A stretch of 64,000 bases of DNA from Dendrobates tinctorius. Its lineage: Eukaryota. Shown in pieces: positions 12,896 through 26,425 of this stretch; position 1 is the stretch's first letter, and each line of letters starts with the position of its first letter. The notes under the pieces are model-generated. The model had not been told where the DNA came from. It searched no databases and saw nothing but the letters and a program-made list of their open reading frames with translations. The position numbers and the translations under genes are program-made. Where the stretch lies: contig NW_027361819.1 in the NCBI RefSeq assembly GCF_039654945.1, positions 6,448,001 through 6,512,000 of the forward strand, read 5' to 3'.

Positions 12896-13952
12896 ATACC
12901 ATCCATATAGTATAATGCACAGCCCATAGTCATCCATACAGTATAATGCACAGCCCATAGTCCTCCATACAGTATAATGCACATCCCCTAGTCATCCATA
13001 TAGTATAATGCACAGCCCATAGTCCTCCATACAGTATAATGCACAGCCCATAGTCCTCCATACAGTATAATGCACAGCCCATAGTCATCCATATAGTATA
13101 ATGCACAGCCCATAGTCCTCCATACAGTATAATGCACAGCCCATAGTCCTCCATATAGTATAATGCACAGCCCATAGTCCTCCATATAGTATAATGCACA
13201 TCCCATAGTCATCCATATAGTATAATGCACAGCCCATAGTCCTCCATACAGTATAATGCACAGCCCATAGTCCTCCATATAGTATAATGCACATCCCATA
13301 GTCCTCCATATAGTATAATGCACAGCCCATAGTCATCCATGCAGTATAATGCACAGTCCATAGTCCTCCATACAGTATAATGCACAGCCCATAGTCCTCC
13401 ATATAGTATAATGCACATCCCATAATCCTCCATATAGTATAATGCACAGCCCATAGTCCTCCATACAGTATAATGCAGAGCCCATAGTCCTCCATATAGT
13501 ATAATGCACAGCCCATAGTCATCCATATAGTATAATGCACAGCGCATAGTCCTCCATACAGTATAATGCACAGCCCATAGTCCTCCATATATTATAATGC
13601 ACAGCCCATAGTCCTCCATACAGTATAATGCACAGCCCATAGTCCTCCATACAGTATAATGCAGAGCCCATAGTCCTCCATATAGTATAATGCACAGCCC
13701 ATAGTCCTCCATTTAGTATAATGCACAGCCCATAGTCCTCCATATAGTATAATGCACATCCCATAGTCATCCATATAGTATAATGCACAGCCCATAGTCC
13801 TCCATACAGTATAATGCACAGCCCATAGTCCTCCATATAGTATAATGCACATCCCATAGTCCTCCATATAGTATAATGCACAGCCCATAGTCATCCATGC
13901 AGTATAATGCACAGTCCATAGTCCTCCATACAGTATAATGCACAGCCCATAG
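12896..13952. repeat. 31-bp satellite (CCATATAGTATAATGCACAGCCCATAGTCCT)n, left part
   Basis: The minus-strand ORFs have a 31-aa periodicity (93 bp = 3x31). Confidence 0.95.
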
Positions 13953-14025
13953 AATCATAGAATCGTAGAGTTGGAAGGGACCTCCTGGGCCATCTGGTCC
14001 AACCCCCTGCTCAAAGCAGGATTCG

Positions 14026-16900
14026 CTAAATCATCCCAGTCAGATGTCTGTCCAGCCTCTGTTTGAAGACTTCCATTGAAGGAGAACTCACCACTTCTTG
14101 TGGCAGCCTGTTCCACTCATTGATCACTCTAACAGTCAAAAAGTTTTTTCTAATATCTAATCTGTGTCTCCTCCCATTCAGTTTCATCCCATTGCTTCTA
14201 GTCTTTCCTTGTGCAAATGAGAATAAAGTTGATCCTTCTACAATGTGACAGCCCTTTAGATATTTGTAGACAGCTATTAAGTCTCCTCTCAGTCTTCTCT
14301 TTTGCAAACTAAACATTCCCAAATCCTGCAACCTTTCCTCATAAGACAGGGTTTGCAGACCGGTCACCATTCTGGTCGCTCTTTTCTGAACTTGCTCCAG
14401 TTTGTTGATGTCTTTTTTAAAATGTGGTGCCCAAAACTGGACACAATATTCCAGATGAGGTCTGACCAAAGAGGAGTAGAGGGAAATAATGACTTCACGT
14501 GATCTAGACTGTATGCTTCTGTTAATACATCCTAGAATTGCATTTGCCTTTTTTGCTGCTGCATCACACTGTTGACTCATATTCAGTCTGTGATCTATTA
14601 GTATACCCAAGTCTTTTTCACATGTGCTGTCACTTAGCCCTATTCCTCCCATTCTATATATGCTTTTTCCATTTTTATTGCCCAGATGTAGTACTTTGCA
14701 TTTCTCCCTGTTAAAAACCATTCTGTTTGTTGCTGCCCACTTCTCCAGTTTATTTAAATCTTTTTGAATCCTCTCTCTCTTCTCTAGTATTAGCTATCCC
14801 TCCTAGCTTTGTGTCATCAGCAAATTTAATCAGTTTACCCTCAATGCCTTCATCTAAATCGTTGATAAAGATGTTGAACAATACAGGGCCCAGGACAGAG
14901 CCCTGTGGTACCCCACTTGAGACATTCTTCCAACTGGATGTGCAGCCATTTACGACCACTCTTTGGGTCCGATCACTAAGCCAGTTATGAATCCACCTAA
15001 CAGTTGCCTTGTCTATTCCATACTTAATCATTTTTTCAATAAGGATTGTATGAGAGACTTTGTCAAATGCTTTGCTGAAGTCAAGATATACTATATCTAC
15101 AGCATTTCCTTGATCCACCCAATCAGTGATACCGTCATAGAAGGAAATTAAGTTAGTCTGACATGACTTATTAGTTACAAACCCATGCTGACTCTGTTTA
15201 ATCACTTCATTCTTATCCAGGTATTGACATACATGTTGTTTAATAATTTGTTCAAAGATCTTTCCTGGTATAGAAGTCAGACTCACCGGCCTATAGTTAC
15301 CTGGGTCCACCTTCTTCCCCTTTTTGAAGATAGGAACAACATTTGCTCTTCTCCAGTCTTCTGGCACTTCTCCTGTTCTCCAAGAATTTTCAAAGATTAT
15401 AGAGAGGGGTTCAAAAATTTCTTCTGCTATCTCCTTCAGTACTCTGGGGTGTAATTCATCTGGACCTGGAGACTTGAATTCATTTAGGCTAGCTAAGTGT
15501 TTCCTCACTATCTTTCTGTTTATAGATATCCTGGATTCTTCTATTCCCTTAATAGGACAGTGAATAACAGTTGATGTTACATTTCCTTTCTGAGAGAAAA
15601 CAGATGCAAAATAGGAATTTAAAAGTTCAGCCTTCTCAACATCCTGTCTTACCATTTCATCATTTTCATCCTGTAAAAATCCTATAGCATCTTTGACTTT
15701 TCTTTTACTTTTGACATATCCCCAAAATCCTTTATTATTGCTTTTGACATCTCTTGCAAGCCTCAATTCATTTTCAGCTTTAGATAATCTGATTTGTGCC
15801 CTGCAGGTTCTGCAGACAGCATTATATTCTTCTTTAGATATGCCTCCCTCTTTCCATTTTATAAACATTTTTTTCTTCCTTTTTAGCATGTGCTTAAGTT
15901 CTGTGTTCATCCATCCTGGTTTCCTTAACTGCTTCCTATTCTTCCCTCTTTTCGGAATTGTTAACAACTGTGCTTTGAGAATTTCATTTTTCAAGATTTC
16001 CCATCCTTCCTGGACATTTTTGTCTTTAAGGATATCCAGCCATTGGATCCCTCCAATTCTCTTTCTGAATCCCTTAAAATCTGCCTTTCTGAAATCTAAC
16101 CTTGACGTCTGAGTCTTCACAGGTCTTCCGCCTCTAGTTATCCAAAATTCTAAAATAGCATGGTCGCTACCTCCTAGGGTCCCAGCCACTTTTACCTCCT
16201 CAACCATTTCCTCCCTGTTTATAAGGATTAGATCCAAGGTAGCAGTTCCCCTTGTTTTCTCCCTTACCTTTTGGAAGATAAAGTTGTCAGCAAGAGAGGA
16301 TAAGAATTTCCTTGACCTGTTAGTTTTGCCTGAGAGAGATTCCCAACAAATGTCTGGATAGTTGAAATCTCCCATGACAACTATGTCATATTTTTTGGAG
16401 AACTTGGCCATTTGATGCATAAAGAGTTCATCCATATCTTCAGCTTGCACAGGCGGCCTGTAGTAAATGCCTACAATGGTGTCCTTTCCATTGTTCTGTC
16501 CTTGTATTCTTACCCAAACAGTTTCCACAGAACTCCCAGTCTCTGAAGCTTCAATCTCTGTGCAGATATACGCGTTTCTAACATACAATGCGACACCTCC
16601 TCCTCGTTTATTAAGTCTGTTTCTTGCAAATAAGTTGTATCCTTCTAGTCTTGTATTCCAATCATGTGTATTGTCCCACCAAGTTTCAGTGATTCCAATG
16701 ACTTCATATTTCTTTTCCTGTGTTAGTAGTTCCAATTCTCCTTGTTTGTTGCCCATGCTTTGTGCATTAGTATAGAAACATTTTAGTTTGTGATTGGTTT
16801 CTCTTTCTCCAATATTTTTATAAATTAGATTCTTTCGTCTTTGTTCTTCCTTTCCACTTCTAATAGCAGAGTTCTCAATAGCATTTGTCAGGTGTATGGC
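14026..16900 (-). pseudogene. CR1 ORF2p (APE endonuclease plus reverse transcriptase) with a single 2-bp frameshift at ~14770
   Basis: APE motifs: [10 protein letters not shown]…GITETWW…MGDFNYPDI…SDH. RT motifs: [39 protein letters not shown]. The frame resumes as [12 protein letters not shown]…MVFNREKCKV (ORF 14026..14721). The 5' boundary is approximate. Confidence 0.9.
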
Positions 16901-16935
16901 TTTTTCTGGTCTTTTGCTTCCCTTCCCATGTTGTT

Positions 16936-17898
16936 CTAGTTTAAAGCTCTCCTTACAAGTGTAGCAAGGCGACTTCCAAATACATGCTTACCAGTCTTCG
17001 TAAGGTGCACCCCATCTCTAGCAAGTAGTCCATCGTATAAGTAGTTCACTCCGTGATCCAGAAATCCAAATCGTTGCTGACGGCACCATCGACGTAGCCA
17101 ATTGTTCACCTGCAGAATCTTATTCCACCTCCTTGTTCCATGGCCATCCACTGGGAGGATGGAAGAGAAGACGACCTGCGCTCCCAGTTCTTTCACTTTC
17201 TTACCTAAGTCTTCAAAGTCTCTGCAGATGGTTTCCAGGTCGTTTCTTGCGGTGTCATTTGTCCCCACATGTAGTAGCAGGAATGGGTAGTCATCTGTAG
17301 GTCTGAAGAGTCCTGATATCCTGTCAGACACATCTTTAATTTTTGCACCTGGAAGACAACACATTTCTCTTGAAGTTATATCCGGTCTGCAGATAGCGGC
17401 CTCAGTTCCTCTCAACAGGGAATCCCCCATGACCACCACTCTCCGTTTCTTCTTCACAACATTTTTCTTTCTCCATCCAGGAGGACTCTGAAGGCGTACA
17501 AGGTTGCTGCTTGTTGGCAAAGTCTTATCCTGATGTATTTCTTCATTGTTTTCCTGCGTGAGAGCCTGGTACTGGTTTCTGAGCAGTATGGGTGCTGACT
17601 GCCTCCTGATCCTCCTGCTTCTCTGGGTCACATGTCTCCATTCCTCTGTTTCTTCAGGTGCACTTCGAATTTCTTCTCTTTCTGTAACATGAAGAGATAA
17701 TTCTGCTCTGTCCAAGAACTCTTCACCTTCCTTAATGATCTTCAACGTAGCTAACCTCTCTTCGAGATTTTGCAACTTCTCCTCCAACAGGGACACAAGC
17801 TTGCATTTGTGGCATGTGAAGTTTGGCTTTTCCACTGGTAAGTCTGTGAACATGTAGCAAGAAATGCAGCTCACCAAATGGCTCCTGGCCTCTTCCAT
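16936..17898 (-). CDS. CR1 ORF1p (N-terminal zinc finger/coiled coil plus SGNH/GDSL esterase), 320 aa
   Basis: It starts [14 protein letters not shown]…CHKC, followed by a leucine-zipper-like segment. The SGNH blocks are [15 protein letters not shown] and DGVHL. The extension to 18144 in the ORF track runs into satellite. Confidence 0.9.
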   Translation of the reverse strand: MEEARSHLVSCISCYMFTDLPVEKPNFTCHKCKLVSLLEEKLQNLEERLATLKIIKEGEEFLDRAELSLHVTEREEIRSAPEETEEWRHVTQRSRRIRRQSAPILLRNQYQALTQENNEEIHQDKTLPTSSNLVRLQSPPGWRKKNVVKKKRRVVVMGDSLLRGTEAAICRPDITSREMCCLPGAKIKDVSDRISGLFRPTDDYPFLLLHVGTNDTARNDLETICRDFEDLGKKVKELGAQVVFSSILPVDGHGTRRWNKILQVNNWLRRWCRQQRFGFLDHGVNYLYDGLLARDGVHLTKTGKHVFGSRLATLVRRALN

Positions 17899-17952
17899 CT
17901 TGAGATTTCTTAAAAACGATGAAAGATGAGCCCAAATTCGCGAGCCGATAGG

Positions 17953-19449
17953 CTCCATATAGTATAATGCACATCCCATAATCCTCCATATAGTATAATG
18001 CACAGCCCATAGTCCTCCATACAGTATAATGCAGAGCCCATAGTCCTCCATATAGTATAATGCACAGCCCATAGTCATCCATATAGTATAATGCACAGCG
18101 CATAGTCCTCCATACAGTATAATGCACAGCCCATAGTCCTCCATATATTATAATGCACAGCCCATAGTCCTCCATATAGTGTAATGCACAGCCCATAGTC
18201 ATCCATGCAGTATAATGCACAGTGCATAGTTCTCCATACAGAATAATGCACAGCCCATAATCCTCCATATAGTATAATGCACAGCCCATAGTCCTCCATA
18301 CAGTATAATGCACAGCCCATAGTCATCCATGCAGTATAATGCACAGCGCATAGTTCTCCATACAGTATAATGCACAGCCCATAGTCCTCCATTTAGTATA
18401 ATGCACAGCCCATAGTCCTCCATACAGAATAATGCACAGCCTATAGTCCTCCATATAGTATAATGCAAAGCCCATAGTCCTCCATATAATATAATGCACA
18501 GCCCATAGTCCTCCATACAGTATAATGCACAGCCCATAGTCCTCCATAGAGTATAATGAACTGCCCATAGTCCTCCATACAGTATAATGCACAGCCCATA
18601 GTCCTCCATATAGTATAATGCACATCCCATAGTCCTCCATATAGTATAATGCACAGCCCATAGTCATCCATGCAGCATAATGTACAGCGCATAGTTCTCC
18701 ATACAGTATAATGCACAGCCCATAGTCCTCCATATAGTATAATGCACAGCCCATAGTCCTCCATACAGTATAATGCACAGCCCATAGTCATCCATGCAGT
18801 ATAATGCACAGCGCATAGTTCTCCATACAGTATAATGTGCACAGCCCATAGTCCTCCATATAGTATAATGCACAGCCCATAGTCCTCCATGCAGAATAAT
18901 GCACAGCCTATAGTCCTCAATATAGTATAATGCACATCCCATAGTCATCCATATATTATAATGCATAGCACCTAGTCCTCCATACAGTATAATGCACAGC
19001 CCATAGTCCTCCATATAGTATAATGCACAGCCCATAGTCCTCCATACCGTATAATGCACAGCCCATAGTCATCCATACAGTATAACGCACAGTCCATATT
19101 CCTCCATATTCCTCCATGCACAGCCCATAGTCCTGCTTACAGTATAATGCACAGCCCATAGTCCTCTATATAGTATAATGCAAAGCCCATAGTCCTCCAT
19201 ATAGTATAATGCACCTCATAGTAATCTATGTAGTATAATGCACAGCCCATAGTCATCCAAGTAGTATACCGCACCCCCATAGTCATCAATGTAGTATAAT
19301 GCACAGTCTATACTCATCCATGTAGTTTAATACATAGCCCATAATCATCTATATAGTATAATGCACAGCCCACAGTGATCTTTAAAGTATAATGCACACC
19401 CCCATAGTCATCCATGTAGTATAATGAACAGCCAATAATCAATCATGTA
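17953..19449. repeat. 31-bp satellite, right part, degenerating distally
   Basis: The unit is the same as in 12896-13952. Confidence 0.93.
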
Positions 19450-20364
19450 TGTGGAAGCACAGCATTGTATCTTAATTAACCAGACGACTATTTTTAGTAA
19501 GCCAAGAAGAATAGACTTGTCTTTATGTTGATTTCTGGTTGGTCAAGAACACAGACTTTTGTTTACATAAGCCTGAAATATTGACTTGTAAGCTGATATT
19601 TGATATAACATAGATAAATAATCAATTAATGCTATCTGATCTCATCTTCATTCTTACCCTTTATATCAATACAGAAAGAAGGACACTTGTTAAGTATAAA
19701 AAGTGGTTACATGCCTCTTTAGAGAGAGGCAGAGAGACTGAGAGACAGCCAGAGATTCTGCCAAGACACCCAAACATCCAGGGGACCCTACAGGACTGCT
19801 GCCAATACATCATGGCTCCATCACGAGAGAAACTGATCTATCATTCTACAGGAAACAACCAAGGGGACTTCGGCCCCAGTTGGAAAAATACAGATCTGTT
19901 CCATTGACCATCGCTGAACCATGGATACGTTTGGCGAAACCCAAGATTGGAACCTGCCGATCGCCTGTCTCCATGGAGATGTTCGGAGAAACCAGGCTGT
20001 GATCCTTGGGTCAACTGGCCTTGTACCTCAATGGACTGTCATCTTCCTATGCTTGTCGATACCTCCTCTCTGTGTGCGTACCACAGGTGGGGTAGTCGAC
20101 CCTGGGAACTCTAAAGTAACAGCTGCCATTATCTGAATGAGTCAGTGGAGGGGTGAGACTCTGTAATGTGCACCATCTTGGGGTATTTTGCTGGGACTGT
20201 TCTACGTGTTCTCTGTTTTGTGGTTCAATAAAAGCACTGCCACAATGTTTTATCCTCACCCAGTGTTGTCTGAGTAGCGTTATACCCATGTTAAAGGGAG
20301 AGCGAGCGTTCATGTGGTTTCAGTTAGCGGACTGGGGCGCCCGCAGAACACCCGTGTCTCCACA
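19450..20364 (+). mobile_element. Solo LTR (915 bp) with 5-bp TSD
   Basis: Termini are TGTGGA…TCCACA. ATGTA is duplicated at 19445-19449 and 20365-20369. TATAAAA is at 19695 and AATAAA at 20227. The satellite continues on both sides. Confidence 0.85.
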
Positions 20365-20528
20365 ATGTAGAATAATGCACAGCACATAGTCATCCATACA
20401 GTATAACGTACATCTCCATAGTCATCCATGTAGTATAATACACAGCCCATAATCATCCATACAGTATAATGTACACCTCCATAGTCATCCATACAGTATA
20501 ATGTACACCTCCATAGTCATCCATGTAG

Positions 20529-20530
<2 letters not shown>
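20365..20530. repeat. Remnant of the 31-bp satellite
   Basis: CCATAGTCATCCATACAGTATAATG units are present. Confidence 0.85.
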
Positions 20531-22072
<1,542 letters not shown>

Positions 22073-22356
22073 TATAAAGATGCGGTGGTGGTGAGTCAGA
22101 AATGTAATATAAGGCAATAGTGCGACATCAGACCTAAATGCAGATCATCAAAAACAATATAGTTACCAGCGAACATTTCAAGAATGTGTCTAGTGTGTTG
22201 CAAGGAAAGACCAATTGGGTCATACAGGTGGCATTGTTAAAAGCTCTGTGCTTACCCATGGTATGAAGTGCCAAGTCACAAACACCACCGCAAACGCACT
22301 CAAGGGAGGTTTTGCCCATGTGATTTCTCAAGAGGAGTGTCACTTCCATAGGGAAT

Positions 22357-23000
22357 CATAGTCAGGATATAGCCAGAGGTCGGTACACGGAGCAGCAGTA
22401 TAGTTGGGAGAATAAGCAAGTAACGTAGTCAGGATATAGCCAGAGGTCGGTACACGGAGCAGCAGTATAGTTGGGAGAATAAGCAGGTAACGTATTCAGG
22501 AGATAACCAGAGGTCGGTACACGGAGCAGCAGTACAGTTGGGAGAATAAGCAGGTAACGTATTCAGGAGATAACCAGAGGTCGGTACACGGAGCAGCAGT
22601 ACAGTTGGGAGAATAAGCAGGTAACGTAGTCAGGATATAGTCAGAGGTCGGTACACAGAGCAGCAGTATAGTTGGGACAATAAGCAGGTAACGTAGTCAG
22701 GATATAGCCAGAGGTCGGTACACAGAGCAGCAGTATAGTTGGGAGAATAAGCAGGTAACGTAGTCAGGATATAGCCAGAGGTTGGTACATGGAGCAACAG
22801 TGTGGTTGGGAGGATAAGCAGATAACTTAGTAAGGATATAGCCAGAGGTCGGTACATGGAGCAGCAGTATAGTTGGGAGGATAAGCAGGAATCGTAGTCA
22901 GGATATAGCCAGAGGTCGGTACATGGAGCAACAGTGTAGTTAGGAGGATAAGCAGATAACTTAGTAAGGATATAGCCAGAGGTCGGTACAAGGAGCAGCA
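22357..23000. repeat. 67-bp tandem repeat (GTAGTCAGGATATAGCCAGAGGTCGGTACACGGAGCAGCAGTATAGTTGGGAGAATAAGCAGGTAAC)n
   Basis: The period is 67 (22361, 22428, 22495), with ~9.5 copies. Confidence 0.9.
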
Positions 23001-23344
23001 ATAGGATCTTGAGGATAAACAGCAGGTCTGCTACCCCGCTGCGCGGCGTCCTCTTCTGAATCCTGGCAGCTGACTTCAGCTTGCAAGGGACGGGAACATA
23101 TGACATCACTGCCATGCGCCCCCGGGTCACATGCACACCGATGTCAGCTGCTGGCCTCTGATTGTCTGGCAGCATATATTGCTGTGCATAGGCCCCATGG
23201 GTCAGAGGATGCACGTCCAGCTGCAGTATTCGCTGGTGTTGGAGGGTGCCTCACCAGCTGGCGGCAGCGGTTGCTGTCCTCAGATATCTCTGGAAATGGA
23301 AAGCAGCTGACATCAGCTTTAGTCCTGCAGAACAGCATTCTGCA

Positions 23345-25130
23345 GTGCAGCTCTGGAGTATAGTACAGGATGTAACTCAGGATCAGTAATGTAATGTATG
23401 TACACAGTGACTGCACCAGCAGAATAGTGAGTGCAGCTCTGGGGTATAATAGGGGATGTAACTCAGGATCAGTAATGTAATGTATGTACACAGTGACTGA
23501 ACCAGCAGAATAGTGAGTGCAGCTCTGGAGTATAATACTGGAGGTAACTCAGGATCAGTAATGTAATGTATGTACACAGTGACTGCACCAGCAGAATAGT
23601 GAGTGCAGCTCTGGGGTATAATACAGGATGTAACTCAGGATCAGTAATGTATGTACACAGTGACTGCACCAGCAGAATAGTGAGTGCAGCTCTGGAGTAT
23701 AATACAGGATGTAACTCAGGATCAGTAATGCAATGTATGTACACAGTGACTGCACCAGCAGAATAGTGAGTGCAGCTCTGGGGTATAATACAGGATGTAA
23801 CTCAGGATCAGTAATGTAATGTATGTACACAGTGACTGCCCCAGCAGAATAGTGAGCACAGCTCTGGAGTATAATACAGGAGGTAACTCAGGATCAGTAA
23901 TGTAATGTATGTACACAGTGATTGCACCAGCAGAATAGTGAGTGCAGCTCTGGAGTATAATACAGGATGCAACTCAGGATCAGTAGTACACAGTGACTGC
24001 AAAAGCAGAATAGTGAGTGCAGCTCTGTGGTATAATACAGGATGTAACTCAGGATCAGTAATGTAATGTATGTACACAATGACTGCACCAGCAGAATAGT
24101 GAGTGCAGCTCTGTGGTATAATACAGGATGTAACTCAGGATCAGTAATGTAATGTATGTACACAGTGACTGCACCAGCAGAATAGTGAGTGCAGCTCTGG
24201 GGTATAATACAGGATGTAACTCAGGATCAATAATGTAATGTATGTACACAGTGACTGCACCAGCAGAATAGTGAGTGCAGCTCTGGAGTATAATACAGGA
24301 TGTAACTCAGGATCAGTAATGTAATGTATGTACACAGTGACTGCACCAGCAGAATAGTGAGTGCAGCTCTGGGGTATAATACAGGATGTAACTCAGGATC
24401 AGTAATGCAATGTATGTACACAGTGACTGCACCAGCAGAATAGTGAGTGCAGCTCTGGGGTATAATACAGGATGTAACTCAGGATCAATAATGTAATGTA
24501 TGTACACAGTGACTGCCCCAGCAGAATAGTGAGCACAGCTCTGGAGTATAATACAGGAGGTAACTCAGGATCAGTAATGTAATGTATGTACACAGTGATT
24601 GCACCAGCAGAATAGTGAGTGCAGCTCTGGAGTATAAAACAGGATGTAACTCAGGATCAGTACTACACAGTGACTGCACCAGCAGAATAGTGAGTTCAGC
24701 TCTGTGGTATAATACAGGATGTAACTCAGTATCAGTAATGTATGTACACAGTGACTGCACCAGCAGAATAGTGAGTGCAGCTCTGGGGTATAATACAGGA
24801 TGTAACTCAGGATCAATAATGTAATGTATGTACACAGTGACTGCACCAGCAGAATAGTGAGTGCAGCTCTGGGGTATAATACAGGATGTAACTCAGGATC
24901 AGTAATGTAATGTATGTACACAGTGACTGCACCAGCAGAATAGTGAGTGCAGCTCTGGGGTATAATACATAATGTAACTCAGGATCAGTAATGTGATGTA
25001 TGTACACAGTGTCTGCACCAGCAGAATAGTGAGTGCAGCTCTGGAGTAGAATACAGGATGTAACTCAGGATCAGTAATGTATGCACACAGTGACTGCACC
25101 AGCAGAATAGTGAGTACAGCTCTGGAGTTC
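23345..25130. repeat. 86-bp satellite (GTGCAGCTCTGGAGTATAATACAGGATGTAACTCAGGATCAGTAATGTAATGTATGTACACAGTGACTGCACCAGCAGAATAGTGA)n
   Basis: ORF starts are spaced 86 bp apart. There are ~21 copies. Confidence 0.95.
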
Positions 25131-26425
25131 TGTAGTTTAGCACATTTCTGCAGTGCTTCTTCTGTGCTGTCACCATTGGTATATACAGGTGATTTTCTGG
25201 CGTCAGTTCACACTTCCGTCAGGGCAGAGGATATTACTGCGTTCTGTATTTTAGTCGTTATGGCCAGAATCCTGTCTTGGCCGCAGAACGTACCATTTCA
25301 GGATTGTTATATGGTGGAATAATGGGGGTGGTGAGAACTCAGATATTGTTATTACTGCAGATCTTGCATATTTGACCTCCAGCTCTGGGGACCTCCAACA
25401 CATGAGAACGCACCTACAGTATGTTGGGCGGGAGAGGGGAGGCGTCATCAGAAGAGGGGCTCAGTAGGAATCCACAGGGTTCACTCGGCCAAATTTGGAT
25501 CTTTTATTTGATGAATTTCACACTTGTAACAAAAGTAACAGGAACCTAACTCCAGTTTAATTCTTCATAATTTTTTAAAAAGTTTTTTGTCCAATTTGTA
25601 TCAGATTTTATCCTTCAGTTACTGCCAGAGCAGCATTCACAGTGCTTTTATGTTCTCTTCCAAGAGTATACTTTATAGATAAGCAGAATTGTGATTACAG
25701 CTCCGGATGTAATTAAAGTGACATACACAGTGATGCTCCATCTCATAGGGTAATCTGAATTACTATCACAAGACCCCTCAGTAATAAGATGAACCTAGCT
25801 CACCATAGAACTGTATCGGTCTCGGGGGCTCCAATTTCTCAAGGACCCCTCACATACTGTATGTGAGTCTTAGGCTCCTACCTGATCAGTAATTGTTGTT
25901 GCCGTTTAATAGCCTCCTGTGTAACGACCTTTCTCCCGAACTCTTGGGTTTTAGTCTTACTCATAAATGGCAACTGCCTCCCCAAAAAAAGGTGAGACCC
26001 CCATACACGTCAGCAATTCTCTGCAAAGGCCAAAAACATCCCAGAATCCAAATATTCGGGAAAGTTTCACACCCCCTGGTATCTCAGGCTGGAAAATAGG
26101 CCGGAGGGATGTAACTATTCCCAAAATGTTAAATAAGCTTCTCCAGGAGGCTAACTGTCCGAAATTGGCAAATATGGGGTAAGGTATACCAATCTGTCCA
26201 CCCAGGAAGCGGAGTTCCTATTACGGGGATTCACAAAGGAGACTTCCCTGGTCTTTGGCCATGTAAGAGATGGGGTCAATTGACTTACCAGTCCTAAAGT
26301 CACACACTCTTCATGATTGGGGATATCGGGGTCTTGTGGGGTTCATGCAGTTTTTATTATTAGGATCTTGCCCCAGAGAGGAGAAACCTGTGACAATACA
26401 ATAAACAGAAGGCCATATTGTAGGG

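Larger units (their letters stand above)
13948..17952 (-). mobile_element. Near-full-length, young CR1 LINE inserted in the 31-bp satellite
   Basis: ORF1 is an esterase type and ORF2 is APE-RT. The CR1-type 3' tail (ATTCTATG)n is seen as CATAGAAT-CATAGAAT-CGTAG at 13948-13968. The satellite resumes at 17953. Confidence 0.95.

Noticed and set aside
17899-18144. 82-aa N-terminal extension of CR1 ORF1
   Set aside because: 62 aa come from the satellite and 20 aa from residual 5' UTR. It is a chance open frame across the insertion junction.
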